Assembly (NCBI GenBank): GCA_964473565.1
Contig: CAYYPI010000001.1
Location: 57,854-121,853, forward strand
From: an uncultured Gammaproteobacteria bacterium
Lineage (GTDB): Bacteria > Patescibacteriota > Patescibacteriia > Patescibacteriales > UBA12465
Length of the DNA: 64,000 bases
Reading direction: 5' to 3'
Below the pieces are notes generated by a model. The model saw only the letters and a program-made list of their open reading frames with translations. It did not search any database and had not been told where the DNA came from. Made by a program: the position numbers and the translations under genes. Each line of letters begins with the position of its first letter. Positions within the stretch are counted from its first letter, which is position 1. Below, in pieces: positions 1 through 10,725 of the stretch.

Positions 1-98
1 GTGGAGAAGTTATTGCAGATTTTGTTGGTCTTAGGCCAAAGGAGGCTCTGAAACAAGAAATCGAGCAAGAATTAGAAAAATAATAATTAAGCAAAAAT

Positions 99-1325
99 AT
101 GACTAAATTATCAGCAGATAATATTAAAAGAATAGATCGTTTAAAGAATTTATTAGATTTATCTGCTAAAGAAGTCAAACTCCTTAAAACCGCTACACAG
201 ATAAAGAAAGCCACTATCAACTTAAAAGGAAAAAAATATCAAGCTTTTAGAGTTGTATACAATAGAGCTTTAGGTCCTGGCAAGGGTGGTATTCGTTTCC
301 ATCAAGAGGTAAATGAAGAAGAGGTTACTTCATTATCATTTTGGATGACAATTAAAAATGCATTAGCAGATATACCATATGGTGGTGGTAAAGGAGGAAT
401 AAGAATTAATCCTAAAAACCTAAGTGAAAAAGAAAAAGAGAAACTTAGTCGTGAATATGTTAGTAAATTTTATAAATTCTTAGGTCAAGACAAAGATATT
501 CCTGCCCCTGATGTTTATACCAACAGTCAAGTTATGGCTTGGATGCTAGACGAGTTTGAGAAAAAAACTCAAAGGCATGAACCAGGCATGATAACTGGCA
601 AACCGGTAGACTTAGGAGGTTTGCTTATGAGACAAGATGCCACTGCTAAAGGCGCTTACATTGTCATTAAAGAAATAATTAAGAAAAACCTTAAGACTAA
701 AAAACCAAACTTTGTTATTCAAGGTTTTGGTAATGCTGGTTCATATTTAGCACAAATGTTAAATAAGGATGGCTATAAGATAGTAGCTGTATCTGATAGT
801 AAGGGAGCAGTATATAATAAAAAGGGTTTAAGCATTGATGATTTAGTTAAGATAAAAAGCCAAGGTGGATCTGTGGTTGACTATAAAGATGCAAAGAAAT
901 TAAGCAATGAAGAGGTTTTAGAGTTAGACACAGACATTTTAGCTTTAGCGGCCCTTGGTGATCAAGTTACAAAAAAGAATGCTAACAATATTAAAGCTAA
1001 GTATTTATTAGAGTTAGCTAACGGACCTATAAGTGAGGAAGCTGATAAAATATTATTTGCTAAAAATAGTATAATCATACCTGACATTTTAGCTAATGCT
1101 GGTGGTGTGATTGTTAGTTATTTTGAGTGGGCGCAAAATAAAGCTGGTAATGTTTTAGATGATAAGTATTTAGAAAAATTACTGGAGACTAAAATGAAAA
1201 ACAATTGGAAAAAAGTCTATAATCAGTATTTAGAAAATGATAAAAACATAGATCTAAGAACAGCCGCTTATATGATAGCGGTTAAAAAAATACTTAGCAC
1301 TGAAAAGTTAAGAGGTAATCTATAA
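99..1325 (+). CDS. gdh: Glu/Leu/Phe/Val dehydrogenase family; NAD(P)-glutamate dehydrogenase
   Basis: 408 aa; glycine-rich catalytic motif GGGKGG and KGGIRFH region; C-terminal Rossmann GxGNAG. Confidence 0.85.
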   Translation: MTKLSADNIKRIDRLKNLLDLSAKEVKLLKTATQIKKATINLKGKKYQAFRVVYNRALGPGKGGIRFHQEVNEEEVTSLSFWMTIKNALADIPYGGGKGGIRINPKNLSEKEKEKLSREYVSKFYKFLGQDKDIPAPDVYTNSQVMAWMLDEFEKKTQRHEPGMITGKPVDLGGLLMRQDATAKGAYIVIKEIIKKNLKTKKPNFVIQGFGNAGSYLAQMLNKDGYKIVAVSDSKGAVYNKKGLSIDDLVKIKSQGGSVVDYKDAKKLSNEEVLELDTDILALAALGDQVTKKNANNIKAKYLLELANGPISEEADKILFAKNSIIIPDILANAGGVIVSYFEWAQNKAGNVLDDKYLEKLLETKMKNNWKKVYNQYLENDKNIDLRTAAYMIAVKKILSTEKLRGNL

Positions 1326-1361
1326 TAATTATATATAGATAAACAATTTATTGAATAAACA

Positions 1362-1392
1362 AAAACAGCTTTTTAAAGTAAGCTGTTTTTGT
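1362..1392. terminator. bidirectional rho-independent terminator between convergent genes
   Basis: aaaaacagcttttt-aaagtaa-gctgttttt hairpin with A-run on one side and T-run on the other. Confidence 0.5.
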
Positions 1393-1420
1393 TTATCTAA
1401 AGTTTTCTTTTGCTTGTTAT

Positions 1421-2437
1421 CTAGTTACAAGTAGCAGCCGCTGCTGTATTAGATCCAGCTGTGTTGTAACCAAAGCCAGGACTAGGCGCTGAGTTTGAGA
1501 GCTCTGTATCGCATTCACTTGGAGCTTCCCCTTCAAAGGCTGCACAAACTGTAGCTAGAAGTGTAGCTGAGTCTCTACCACTTGATACCTTTGATCCGTT
1601 AATAACTAAAGTAGGAGATCCACTAACACCATACTGTTCATTCTCTGCTTTATGAATAGCAAACTCAGGGTATGAACCTTTGTAGTTTACATTATTCTCA
1701 AAGTTTTCAATTATCTTGTATTCTTCATCAACAGTGTCAACACAAGAATTCATAGCAGAAGTGTTAATGCCTGTTTCATTTAAACAAGACTCACCATTAC
1801 CTTCTTCAAGAAAACAACTTAAGTATTCATTAAACTTATCTGGCTCTTCTTGGTTAATACAATATTGATTCATTTGTTCAACTAATTCTTCTTCTCCGTG
1901 CATAGCATAGTCAACGAACTTAATTTCAAAGTCAATCTTATCTTCAAGCAAGTTAGCTACAGGTAAAATTCCTTTTTCAATTTGAGTTCCGTATGGGCAA
2001 TGACTCATAACAAATACTTCTACATTTGGTCTTTCAGACTTTACAACATTATCTGGTACTACCGGCTCACTGTTTGCATTATTGGCGCTGTCAGTGTTGT
2101 TAGAGGCAGTGTTGTCTGTTTCTGATCCTGGCATGTTCAAACCTTGAGGAAAGAAAGTACTGCCATCTAAACTTAAATATGAAGTAACTACTTCACCCTG
2201 ACCAATATCTATAGCCATCTTATATAATCCATTTTCTTCAACAATACTGTTAATATTAACAGTTTGTCCGTCTACCATTAAATTCTCATTAATGAAAGTC
2301 TCAGTTTGAGCTTTAGCTTCTTCAATACCCATAGCTTGATTTTTACTATCAGTTGAAGCAGTAATTGCCCAAATCATAGAGGCCACCAGCAAGACTGCCA
2401 ATACCCCTATCACAATAGAAAGTTTATTTTGTTTCAT
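1421..2437 (-). CDS. secreted/membrane-anchored DsbA-like thioredoxin-fold protein
   Basis: N-terminal TM helix; HCPYG active-site-like motif and GxSGSPTLVING motif typical of DsbA-like thioredoxin fold; Ser/Asn/Thr-rich linker. Confidence 0.5.
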   Translation of the reverse strand: MKQNKLSIVIGVLAVLLVASMIWAITASTDSKNQAMGIEEAKAQTETFINENLMVDGQTVNINSIVEENGLYKMAIDIGQGEVVTSYLSLDGSTFFPQGLNMPGSETDNTASNNTDSANNANSEPVVPDNVVKSERPNVEVFVMSHCPYGTQIEKGILPVANLLEDKIDFEIKFVDYAMHGEEELVEQMNQYCINQEEPDKFNEYLSCFLEEGNGESCLNETGINTSAMNSCVDTVDEEYKIIENFENNVNYKGSYPEFAIHKAENEQYGVSGSPTLVINGSKVSSGRDSATLLATVCAAFEGEAPSECDTELSNSAPSPGFGYNTAGSNTAAAATCN

Positions 2438-2551
2438 AATATTATGATAACTCCAAAAAGGAGTGTTAATTAGGTTTTTAAAGTCTTATCAGTATATCAA
2501 AGAAATAATTAATGGTCAAAAAAATATTCTAATAGCAATAGGGATATATAA

Positions 2552-3817
2552 TCACTTTCTTTTATTGTATTTTAAACTAATAATACCTATACCAATTATA
2601 GAGACCAAGCTTAAATATTTTTTGTAATTATTATTATCCTTATTTATATTATTATAGTAATTACTTTTATTTAAACTAAGATATTTTTGATTTTGCGGGT
2701 AATGAGGTAAGAGTTTTAAATAGAGCTCATTAGAGCTTTCTTCTAAGAGTCCAATAATTTCAATTTCTTCTCCACTAATATAATTATGTTCTATATTTTT
2801 TTTATTTAAGATTTTTAAATCAACTTTTATTTTTTTATTTTTATATAATAGCAGTAAAGTATTTTTATTTACTTGATCTATTTTAGCTTTTAAACTATAA
2901 ACCTTATTTAAGTTGAGATTATCTAAATTAAAATCTAGGGCTGGACTTAAAAATGAAGATTTTAATATTTTAATATCATCACTACTGTTAGTTTTAATCC
3001 TATAAAAATTATTTAGCTCACTAAATCTCCCGGTAACTGTAATAATATCACCAGGGTTAATATCTATAAATTCACTATAGTGATTATAGACTTGAATAAC
3101 TTGTGATTGCTTGCTGTCTTTAGTGAGTAGGAAATAACGGTCACTTAAATCACCTGGAGCTACCAGTACAGAGCCAGTTAATCTGAACTCAGTTTCTGCT
3201 TTAGCCACACTAAGTTCATCCCAATTTAAATAGTTATTATCCTTAGTATTTTCTAAATCATCTTGATTATAGTCTTCATCTTTAGTATTAGAGCAAGATT
3301 TCTTTCTACGTTCTACTATAGGCTTCCAGATAAAACCTTGTTCTTCAAAACTATAGATATAATCCTCAGGAGCATTTTTGTAGCTAACTGAGTCAGCTAC
3401 TTTATCATCTTTAGTATATAAGTATAATGTTTCCTGAAAATTGTTTAAAGTAATATTAGTTTTAGTTCTTGGTAAAATAAGGTAATCATCATCTTCTAAC
3501 CACAGATCTTCGCTAAATAAATATCCTTTACCCAAACCATAAGTATCAATTAAAAACCAGCCATTTAAATTGATTTCAGTGTTAGAGCTGTTATACAATC
3601 TAATCCATTCTTTATCTTTGTCCTTATCGCAAGGATTAGGAAATATTTCTTGAATAATAATTCCTTGCCAGGCTTTAGCTTGGCTTTGTTTTTCTGCTTT
3701 AAGTTCTTTATCTTCATTACTATCAGTGTTTGATACAACAATAGCCCTACTTTTTTGAGGAAAAAATAGAAAAAAGAAAAGAGATATTAAAATTAATAAT
3801 TTAAAAACGTTATTCAT
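2552..3817 (-). CDS. lamin-tail-domain (LTD) containing surface protein
   Basis: N-terminal signal/TM; motif IQEIFPNP...EWIRLYNSSNTEINLNGWFL typical of LTD; C-terminal TM anchor. Confidence 0.5.
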   Translation of the reverse strand: MNNVFKLLILISLFFFLFFPQKSRAIVVSNTDSNEDKELKAEKQSQAKAWQGIIIQEIFPNPCDKDKDKEWIRLYNSSNTEINLNGWFLIDTYGLGKGYLFSEDLWLEDDDYLILPRTKTNITLNNFQETLYLYTKDDKVADSVSYKNAPEDYIYSFEEQGFIWKPIVERRKKSCSNTKDEDYNQDDLENTKDNNYLNWDELSVAKAETEFRLTGSVLVAPGDLSDRYFLLTKDSKQSQVIQVYNHYSEFIDINPGDIITVTGRFSELNNFYRIKTNSSDDIKILKSSFLSPALDFNLDNLNLNKVYSLKAKIDQVNKNTLLLLYKNKKIKVDLKILNKKNIEHNYISGEEIEIIGLLEESSNELYLKLLPHYPQNQKYLSLNKSNYYNNINKDNNNYKKYLSLVSIIGIGIISLKYNKRK

Positions 3818-3870
3818 ATAATCAATATAAATAACGCTTGCTTAAGAACTTTTAAATTTAAAATAGATAA

Positions 3871-4593
3871 TTATTGTAGTAAGTCTAGTTTTTCTTTTAA
3901 GTCTTTTGGCATCTTAATGCTAAAGCTTTTTTTCTTTTTTCTTTGATTATAAAATGAAAGCTTATTAGCAACCAGAAAAATTCTATCTAAGTTTAATTTT
4001 TTACTAACCTTAAGACTATTTTTAGTAGAGTATAAGTTATCACCAGCTAGGGGAGCGTTTAGTGCTAAGCAGTGCACACGAATTTGATGAGTTCTACCAG
4101 TTTCAATTTGCAAGTTAAGTAATGAGAAGTTAGTATAAGTCTTTTCTGTTTGATAGTGAGTAATAGCTTCTCTTAGTTTCTCTCCATCTCTAACTTCATT
4201 ATTATCTTCATATGTTTTAGGTACTGCTGCCATCTTATAACCTTTATTTGATCTTTTGATAGGGAAAGAAATTGTACCAGAACTTTCTGGCATGTGCCCA
4301 CAAACTAAAGCTTTATAGTGTTTTTCTACTCTTCTATTTTGAAACTGCTCTTTAAGATGTAAATAAGCTTTTTGTTTTAAGGCCACAACCATTAAACCGC
4401 TAACTTCTTTATCTAAACGATGAACAATTCCATAACGATTACTGTCTTCACCCACTTTTTTTATTTTTGGATATTTTTCTACAAGATAGTCACTTAAAGT
4501 TTTTTCATTACTACCAGGGCTAGCATGAACTAATAAACCAGCTGGTTTATTAATGACTACATAATTTCTGGTTTTCTTAATTACTTCTATCAT
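3871..4593 (-). CDS. RluA-family pseudouridine synthase
   Basis: HRLDKEVSGLMVVA catalytic-Asp motif; 240 aa. Confidence 0.8.
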   Translation of the reverse strand: MIEVIKKTRNYVVINKPAGLLVHASPGSNEKTLSDYLVEKYPKIKKVGEDSNRYGIVHRLDKEVSGLMVVALKQKAYLHLKEQFQNRRVEKHYKALVCGHMPESSGTISFPIKRSNKGYKMAAVPKTYEDNNEVRDGEKLREAITHYQTEKTYTNFSLLNLQIETGRTHQIRVHCLALNAPLAGDNLYSTKNSLKVSKKLNLDRIFLVANKLSFYNQRKKKKSFSIKMPKDLKEKLDLLQ

Positions 4594-4633
4594 ATATAAA
4601 TTTTATTATTAGCTAAGACTGTATTAGGATAGA

Positions 4634-5782
4634 CTATTTTAAAATATCTTGCAATCTTTTAAGGTTTTTATCTAAGTTTAAGCTATTTGTAATTAGATAA
4701 TGTGAGTTAGCACTCAAGTCTTTACGCTTTAAAGGATCTCTGTATAAGGAGATAATAGCAGATATTAAGTCATCTACCTCAGCTTTAGACTCTATAGAGC
4801 ACTTCTTCTCTTGAAGTAAATAAGAAAGGTTTTGTTCTTTTAAAGTAATAATAGGTAAGGACTTACTTAATGCTAAGAGCAAATAATGATACTTGCATAA
4901 AGATAATCTGTCATTACTTAAAATAAATAAATTGGCAGTATCTAGCCATTCATTAATATGGTCCTTTTCGTTTAAAAACCAAACATTTTTTTCTACACCC
5001 AGTTTATTTGCTAACCACTTGAGATTTTCATGGTTCTTGTTTAGTCCAATAATCAAAAGTTGAGCAGAGGGTATGGCTCTAAGTAAATCAGGTAGGGTTT
5101 TGATAATTACTTCAGTATAATTTTTATGCTTTAAATCAGCTAAAACTACTATACTAAAGTAGCGATGAAAGAAGTTTAAAGTTTTTGATTTGCTTAAATT
5201 ATCAAAAATGCTTTCTTGATGAGATTCTCTGTGAGAGTAGCTTAATAAGGGGAAGTGAAAAACTTTATTGCCATAGCTTTCTTCAGGAAAGATCTTCTCT
5301 AGCTCCTGTTTTTCTTTATTGTGAAAAGCAATAATTTTTATATTTTTGCCCCACTTCTTTAACAACTTCTTAGCTTTACTAACATATTTGTCACTCATTA
5401 TTTCGGCTTCAGGCAAGAACCACCATTGCACTTTCAAGCTATTATTATTTGAGTTTTCACTCTCTAAATCTTTCTTTGATTCTTTTTCTTTTCTTTTGTG
5501 TCCATATAATTTAAGTAGACAAGAAAAGATGATTCTCTCTGGCCAGCTAGCACAAATTATTGTTAAGGAATCTTTTTTTAGATGCTCACTTATCTCTTTC
5601 TTAGCTTTAAAAATTAAATATGGAAGCAATATAAAAAACAGATATTTATCAAAACCGTTATTTTTTTCATCATATAAACAAGGACCAGAAATAAAATGAA
5701 AGTTTTTATTTTTTAAATCATCAAATAATGAATTTAAATATTCATTGTCTAGACTTTTATGATTGGCAAGATAAAAAATCAT
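4634..5782 (-). CDS. hypothetical protein, possible glycosyltransferase (next to flippase)
   Basis: 382 aa ORF; no strong motif recognised; context with Wzx-like flippase. Confidence 0.3.
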   Translation of the reverse strand: MIFYLANHKSLDNEYLNSLFDDLKNKNFHFISGPCLYDEKNNGFDKYLFFILLPYLIFKAKKEISEHLKKDSLTIICASWPERIIFSCLLKLYGHKRKEKESKKDLESENSNNNSLKVQWWFLPEAEIMSDKYVSKAKKLLKKWGKNIKIIAFHNKEKQELEKIFPEESYGNKVFHFPLLSYSHRESHQESIFDNLSKSKTLNFFHRYFSIVVLADLKHKNYTEVIIKTLPDLLRAIPSAQLLIIGLNKNHENLKWLANKLGVEKNVWFLNEKDHINEWLDTANLFILSNDRLSLCKYHYLLLALSKSLPIITLKEQNLSYLLQEKKCSIESKAEVDDLISAIISLYRDPLKRKDLSANSHYLITNSLNLDKNLKRLQDILK

Positions 5783-5795
5783 GTTAATTATATTC

Positions 5796-7247
5796 TTAAT
5801 TTATTTCATTTAAAAACTCTACATCTTTTTTATCCCATCCTTTTAAGAGATAAAAGGTTAAGAAATATATACCTATGGCAATAAAAATAGTAGTCATTAG
5901 TCCGTACCAAGTATACTTAAAGGCACCGGGAATAATTAATATAGAAGCTAGCATCACTAGTGACGAGAGAAAGCTCTTGAAAAGCACCTTATGCTTAGGC
6001 AGGAAGCCGATAAACTTGTAGACATAGAATATAGCCATAATAGCGACCACAGCTTCACTATATACTGTCATCCAAGCTGCACCAATATATGAATATTTAG
6101 GAATAAAGAGAATGTAGCCAATTACTGAAGTAATACTGGTAAATATATAGATTGGTATTAACTTCTTTTGCTTATCAATTGCAATAATTGCATGTGAGAA
6201 CAAGGTGCCAATAAATATTAGAGCTCCTGCTAATATTAATATTTTTAGAACCTCAGCTGAGGCCTTAAATTCAGAGCCAGCAATTAAATGAATAATTTCT
6301 GTTGCTAAAAACTGCGTAGCAATTAAAACGGGTATAGCCAGTAGTATCATAAAGTCATAGCTCTTTTGAATTAACTTTTTAAACTGAAATACTTTTTTTA
6401 GCGCCCAGGTTCTAGTAAAAAAAGGTAGCATTAAACCTGCAAACATAAAAGGTACGGTCACTAAAACATCAATAACCTTATAGGCTGCGCCATAGATACC
6501 AACATCACTTTGTGGTTTTACCAGTGATAGTATTAAAGTGTCAGCTTTTAAATAAATTAAATTAAAAACAATAGTAAGTGCTAGGGGCCAAGACTTAATT
6601 GCTATTTCCTTCCAGATATTTAAGTCAAAACGCAAACTTATTCTTATAAACTTCCTAGAAAAAAGAAAGTGTAAAAGAAAATTAATTAGATTAGAAATAA
6701 CTGTACTCCATAATACACCATTTAAGCCCAGGTTATACCTTATTGCCAACCAAACTCCTAAAACTAAAAATAATCTCCCTCCTACCTCTGCGATAGCTGC
6801 CCTTTCCATTTTAAGCCTTTTCTGAAAAAGGCCAACTAATATTTGATTTAAAGCAATAAAAAGAAAAGAAAGAGATAATATAAGTACACCCATTTTAATA
6901 GTGTAGTCATAAGGAAAGAGCCAAATTAAAGCTGGACCTAAACTAAGAAAGATTATTGCTGAGACTAGTCTTAGTGCAAAAAGATTGTCTAATATTTTTT
7001 TCTCTGATACTCCAGGCAAGCTAATCATTTGCACCGTCACCAGCGTTAAACCTAAGTCAGCAATAATAGCAAAAATAGAGACAAACGTTATAATAGTAGT
7101 ATACTCACCAAAGCCATTAGCTCCTAGATAGCGAGTCATTAAGGCGGTGGCAATTAAAGCAATAGCAGTTGATATTATTTTGCTAAGTATTTGTATGCCT
7201 GTATTGTATGCTATCCTTTTTTGTAGTAGTGGAGCCTTAGTTGTCAT
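5796..7247 (-). CDS. polysaccharide biosynthesis flippase (Wzx/MOP superfamily)
   Basis: 483 aa, ~12-14 predicted TM helices, N-terminal pattern typical of oligosaccharide flippases. Confidence 0.6.
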   Translation of the reverse strand: MTTKAPLLQKRIAYNTGIQILSKIISTAIALIATALMTRYLGANGFGEYTTIITFVSIFAIIADLGLTLVTVQMISLPGVSEKKILDNLFALRLVSAIIFLSLGPALIWLFPYDYTIKMGVLILSLSFLFIALNQILVGLFQKRLKMERAAIAEVGGRLFLVLGVWLAIRYNLGLNGVLWSTVISNLINFLLHFLFSRKFIRISLRFDLNIWKEIAIKSWPLALTIVFNLIYLKADTLILSLVKPQSDVGIYGAAYKVIDVLVTVPFMFAGLMLPFFTRTWALKKVFQFKKLIQKSYDFMILLAIPVLIATQFLATEIIHLIAGSEFKASAEVLKILILAGALIFIGTLFSHAIIAIDKQKKLIPIYIFTSITSVIGYILFIPKYSYIGAAWMTVYSEAVVAIMAIFYVYKFIGFLPKHKVLFKSFLSSLVMLASILIIPGAFKYTWYGLMTTIFIAIGIYFLTFYLLKGWDKKDVEFLNEIN

Positions 7248-7355
7248 ATAGATGCTATTTTTGCTATAATGCTAGTAAATATACAAAATATTATATTATA
7301 TAAATACTTTAATTAATCAATTGAAGCTTTTCAATTAAATTATAACACAAAGGCT

Positions 7356-7796
7356 ATGAAAAATGCTAAGAAAAAACTTCTCTCCGCTATAATACTACTC
7401 ACATTTTTAGTTATTCCAAGTTTCTTAATGACTCAAACAAACGTTGTTTCAGCTAGCAGTCTTTGGGATGCTCAGGTTGGCATTGAAGATGTAGGACAAA
7501 AAGCTTATGGAGAAACAGACTCTCCCCAAGACATCAGAATCACTGTTATGAAGATAGTTAATGTGGTATTGCAGTTCTTAGCTGTGATCTTCTTGGTACT
7601 TATTATTATCTCTGGTTATCAATGGATGACTGCTGGAGGAAACGAAGAACAAATCAAGAAAGCCAAAAAGAACCTATCAAACGCTGTTATTGGTCTACTT
7701 ATCATATTAGCTTCATGGTCTATTTCTTACTTTATCCTTAGAAGAATGATAGCTGTTGTTACCAATGAAATGAATTATTTAGAACCTACTTTTTAA
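7356..7796 (+). CDS. small membrane protein, pilin-like (TrbC/VirB2-like topology)
   Basis: 146 aa; signal peptide plus two hydrophobic helices; located upstream of giant LamG surface protein. Confidence 0.35.
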   Translation: MKNAKKKLLSAIILLTFLVIPSFLMTQTNVVSASSLWDAQVGIEDVGQKAYGETDSPQDIRITVMKIVNVVLQFLAVIFLVLIIISGYQWMTAGGNEEQIKKAKKNLSNAVIGLLIILASWSISYFILRRMIAVVTNEMNYLEPTF

Positions 7797-7846
7797 GAAC
7801 AAATAATTACTTAACTTAATTGTCACATTTTAAATACTATATATAG

Positions 7847-10543
7847 ATGAAGAGCTTAAAACAATTGTTAAAGATATATACACAAACAAAAAGGTTTTTA
7901 CAGGTAAAAAAACCTAAGTTTTTTGGTACTAAAAATATTTTTAAACTCAAAGCATTTAAACACAGTATAATTAAAAAGAACAAAAAAGCAGCAATTCTAG
8001 TTGTAGCAATGCTAATTATTGCCAGCAGTTCTATTTTTGTTTTTGATGTATTTTCTCAGCAGTCAGGCTCTAGAGTTTTAGATATGAGCTTAAGTGCAGA
8101 AAACTACGATGCTGTCACTAACACTTTTTATGATAGGAGTGGTAATGATAATCACAGTGACTATATTAATAATGTAAATTTTGTTGATGGGCGTTATGGT
8201 AGTATAGATGGAGCTATGAGTTTTGATGAAAATGCTAATAGTGGAACAGGAGAATATGTCGAAGTTGGTAATATTGAAAATTTTAGTAATGAAGAAATAA
8301 CCTCCATGGCCTGGATAAAACCAAATGCTTCAAGTGATGCAAGAGCGCCTATTACTAGAATAGATAGATTCTATCTTCAGCATTATAGCAATGACAGATT
8401 GGCCACTTATTGGTACGGGTGGAATAAACCAGGTTATCACACTTCCAGTGTTGATTCAGTGCCAGTAGGTGTTTGGACTCATGTTGCTGTTACTTGGGAT
8501 CAAGCAAATGGTGTAACTTTTTATATTAATGGAGAAAAAGATAATCAGATTTCAAATAGTGGAACAGGAGACGACATAGGTTGGATAAAGATAGGACAGG
8601 AAAATTCTAGCAGAAGGTATGATGGTTTGATTGAGGATATAAAAGTATATAACAGGTCTTTGAGTCAGGAGGAAATCCAAAATATATACAATTCATCACA
8701 ACCCATGGTCAGTGGCTCTAATTTAAATAAAGGTTTGGTGGGACACTGGAGTATGGATGAGGATGATTTTATAGAGGGAACTGAAAACTTAGCTCCTTAT
8801 ACAGATTATTCAGACAGAAATTATAATGAAGTTTATAATGCAAGTTGTTGGGGTGGTGATGGTGCAACAATTGAATATTTTGATTCTGGCGGTTATAACG
8901 ATATGCCATATAAAAAATTAATTAAAACAGATGCTGGCACAGGGGGGTGTTATCATAATAATAGTCAGTATTTTGATATAGAAAACAACACAACTTATAT
9001 TATAAGTGCTTATATTAAAGCAAACAGAAATCAAAGTTTTAATGGACATGTATTGAATATTAATAGACCAAGCGACAATCGCTATAAAACATCAAGTGGT
9101 TTTGATGTTACAACAGAATGGCAAAGATATTATTGGGTATATAATTCTTCTTCTGATGATGCTGGGACTTATCAAGCTAAACATATTATTTATATAGATG
9201 ATAATTTACCACTTGAGGTATATTGGTCAGGATTTCAAATAGAAGAGAAATCTGATATAACTCCTTATGTTAATGGTACTAGGGTTGGCACATTAACAGA
9301 GAAAACACCATATTCAAATCATGGAGATACTGGCATTGAACAATCTTTTTCTTTTAATGAAGATAGGTTTGGGAAAGAAGGTGGTGCTATGAGTTTTAAT
9401 GGAATTGATAATGTTGCTACTGCTGGTAATATTATTGATAATAATTTTGATGCTTATACAGTTTCTTTATGGGCCAAGCCAAACAACATAAGAACATCTG
9501 AACATGATATGCTTATTTCAGATGTAGGAGGCCATTGGTGGTATGTTTCTATAAATGGAACAAAATGGTTTTATAGAAATGATGAGACTGGAGATATATG
9601 GTCAAATGATAACGTTCAAGAAAATGAATGGTATCATATTGTTATTAATAATGATGGTTATGATGCTACTATGTATATTAATGGAGAACAACAGGGGACT
9701 GTAGGAAATGGCAGTGGCTTTGAGGACAGCGTGTTTAGTTTAGAAATAGGAAAATATTCTGCTAGCTATCCTTTATGGGATGGCCTTATAGATGATGTAA
9801 AAATATATAATAGAATTTTAAGTGAAGCAGAAATACAATCTTTATATGATTCATATGAGCCTAAAATAAGCGCAGGTAGTTTAAATAAAGGTTTAATCTT
9901 AGATATGCCTTTAACCTTAAAATATACAAAAGACGAAACATCTGGCTCTGAAATAATGACAGATAAAACACCTTATTCTAATGATGGACAGAATTATGGG
10001 GCGACAATAAGTGAAGAAGGTGCTGATTTTGATGGTGTTGATGATTATTTAAAAATTTCACATGACGCAAGTTTAAATACCCAAGAAGAAATCACAATTT
10101 CATCTTGGTTTTTAACAAGAACTAATTCGTCAGGACATATGAACATTATTGGAAAAAAATATTCTACGGCATGGGAGCTTAATATAGTTAATAATGACTT
10201 GTATTTTAATGTAAATATTGGGGGTAATTTTTATTCATATTTTTTAAGAAAAGATGATATAGTTACAGAAAATACATGGAATCACGCCCTTTTTACATAT
10301 AACAGTAATGATGGGGTTGCTAAATTATATTTTAATAATGTTTTAGTTGATTCAAGAAATGTAGCTGGCTTAATTGGTGTTAACACTCATGAGGTAGAAA
10401 TAGGTCATAGAGAGTCCTCATTGCTATGGAATGGAAAAATAAGTAATGTCCGTATATATAACCGCGCCCTTTCAGAAACAGAAGTAAAAAGTTTATATGA
10501 CAAAGGCAGATCAAGTAGTGGCATGATTATGCATGAAGAGTAA
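7847..10543 (+). CDS. large secreted protein with three concanavalin-A-like lectin/glucanase (LamG) domains
   Basis: 898 aa; N-terminal TM; thrice-repeated module ending in I(E/D/S)D(I/V)K(V/I)YNR(S/I/A)LS..E(I/V)(Q/K)..Y. Confidence 0.6.
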   Translation: MKSLKQLLKIYTQTKRFLQVKKPKFFGTKNIFKLKAFKHSIIKKNKKAAILVVAMLIIASSSIFVFDVFSQQSGSRVLDMSLSAENYDAVTNTFYDRSGNDNHSDYINNVNFVDGRYGSIDGAMSFDENANSGTGEYVEVGNIENFSNEEITSMAWIKPNASSDARAPITRIDRFYLQHYSNDRLATYWYGWNKPGYHTSSVDSVPVGVWTHVAVTWDQANGVTFYINGEKDNQISNSGTGDDIGWIKIGQENSSRRYDGLIEDIKVYNRSLSQEEIQNIYNSSQPMVSGSNLNKGLVGHWSMDEDDFIEGTENLAPYTDYSDRNYNEVYNASCWGGDGATIEYFDSGGYNDMPYKKLIKTDAGTGGCYHNNSQYFDIENNTTYIISAYIKANRNQSFNGHVLNINRPSDNRYKTSSGFDVTTEWQRYYWVYNSSSDDAGTYQAKHIIYIDDNLPLEVYWSGFQIEEKSDITPYVNGTRVGTLTEKTPYSNHGDTGIEQSFSFNEDRFGKEGGAMSFNGIDNVATAGNIIDNNFDAYTVSLWAKPNNIRTSEHDMLISDVGGHWWYVSINGTKWFYRNDETGDIWSNDNVQENEWYHIVINNDGYDATMYINGEQQGTVGNGSGFEDSVFSLEIGKYSASYPLWDGLIDDVKIYNRILSEAEIQSLYDSYEPKISAGSLNKGLILDMPLTLKYTKDETSGSEIMTDKTPYSNDGQNYGATISEEGADFDGVDDYLKISHDASLNTQEEITISSWFLTRTNSSGHMNIIGKKYSTAWELNIVNNDLYFNVNIGGNFYSYFLRKDDIVTENTWNHALFTYNSNDGVAKLYFNNVLVDSRNVAGLIGVNTHEVEIGHRESSLLWNGKISNVRIYNRALSETEVKSLYDKGRSSSGMIMHEE

Positions 10544-10607
10544 GACTTGGTGTTTGTGTTAAGCTAAGAATTTTTAGGTTTATTTTCAATGTATTACTTT
10601 ACTACTT

Positions 10608-10636
10608 TTGACAAAATCTCCTCCCTTTGTTATCAT
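10608..10636 (+). promoter_or_regulatory. sigma70-like promoter upstream of nusA
   Basis: TTGACA - 17 nt - TATCAT. Confidence 0.35.
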
Positions 10637-10725
10637 ATAATCAATATATAAAGCTAGTTGTTAATATAACAATTAGCTTTTTTAAATAATTAAAAAGATA
10701 ATAACTTAGATAATAAGTAAAAAAT

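Noticed and set aside
5346-5699. 117-aa ORF antisense inside the 4634-5782 gene
   Set aside because: Fully embedded in a longer ORF on the opposite strand; low-complexity, AT-rich artefact.
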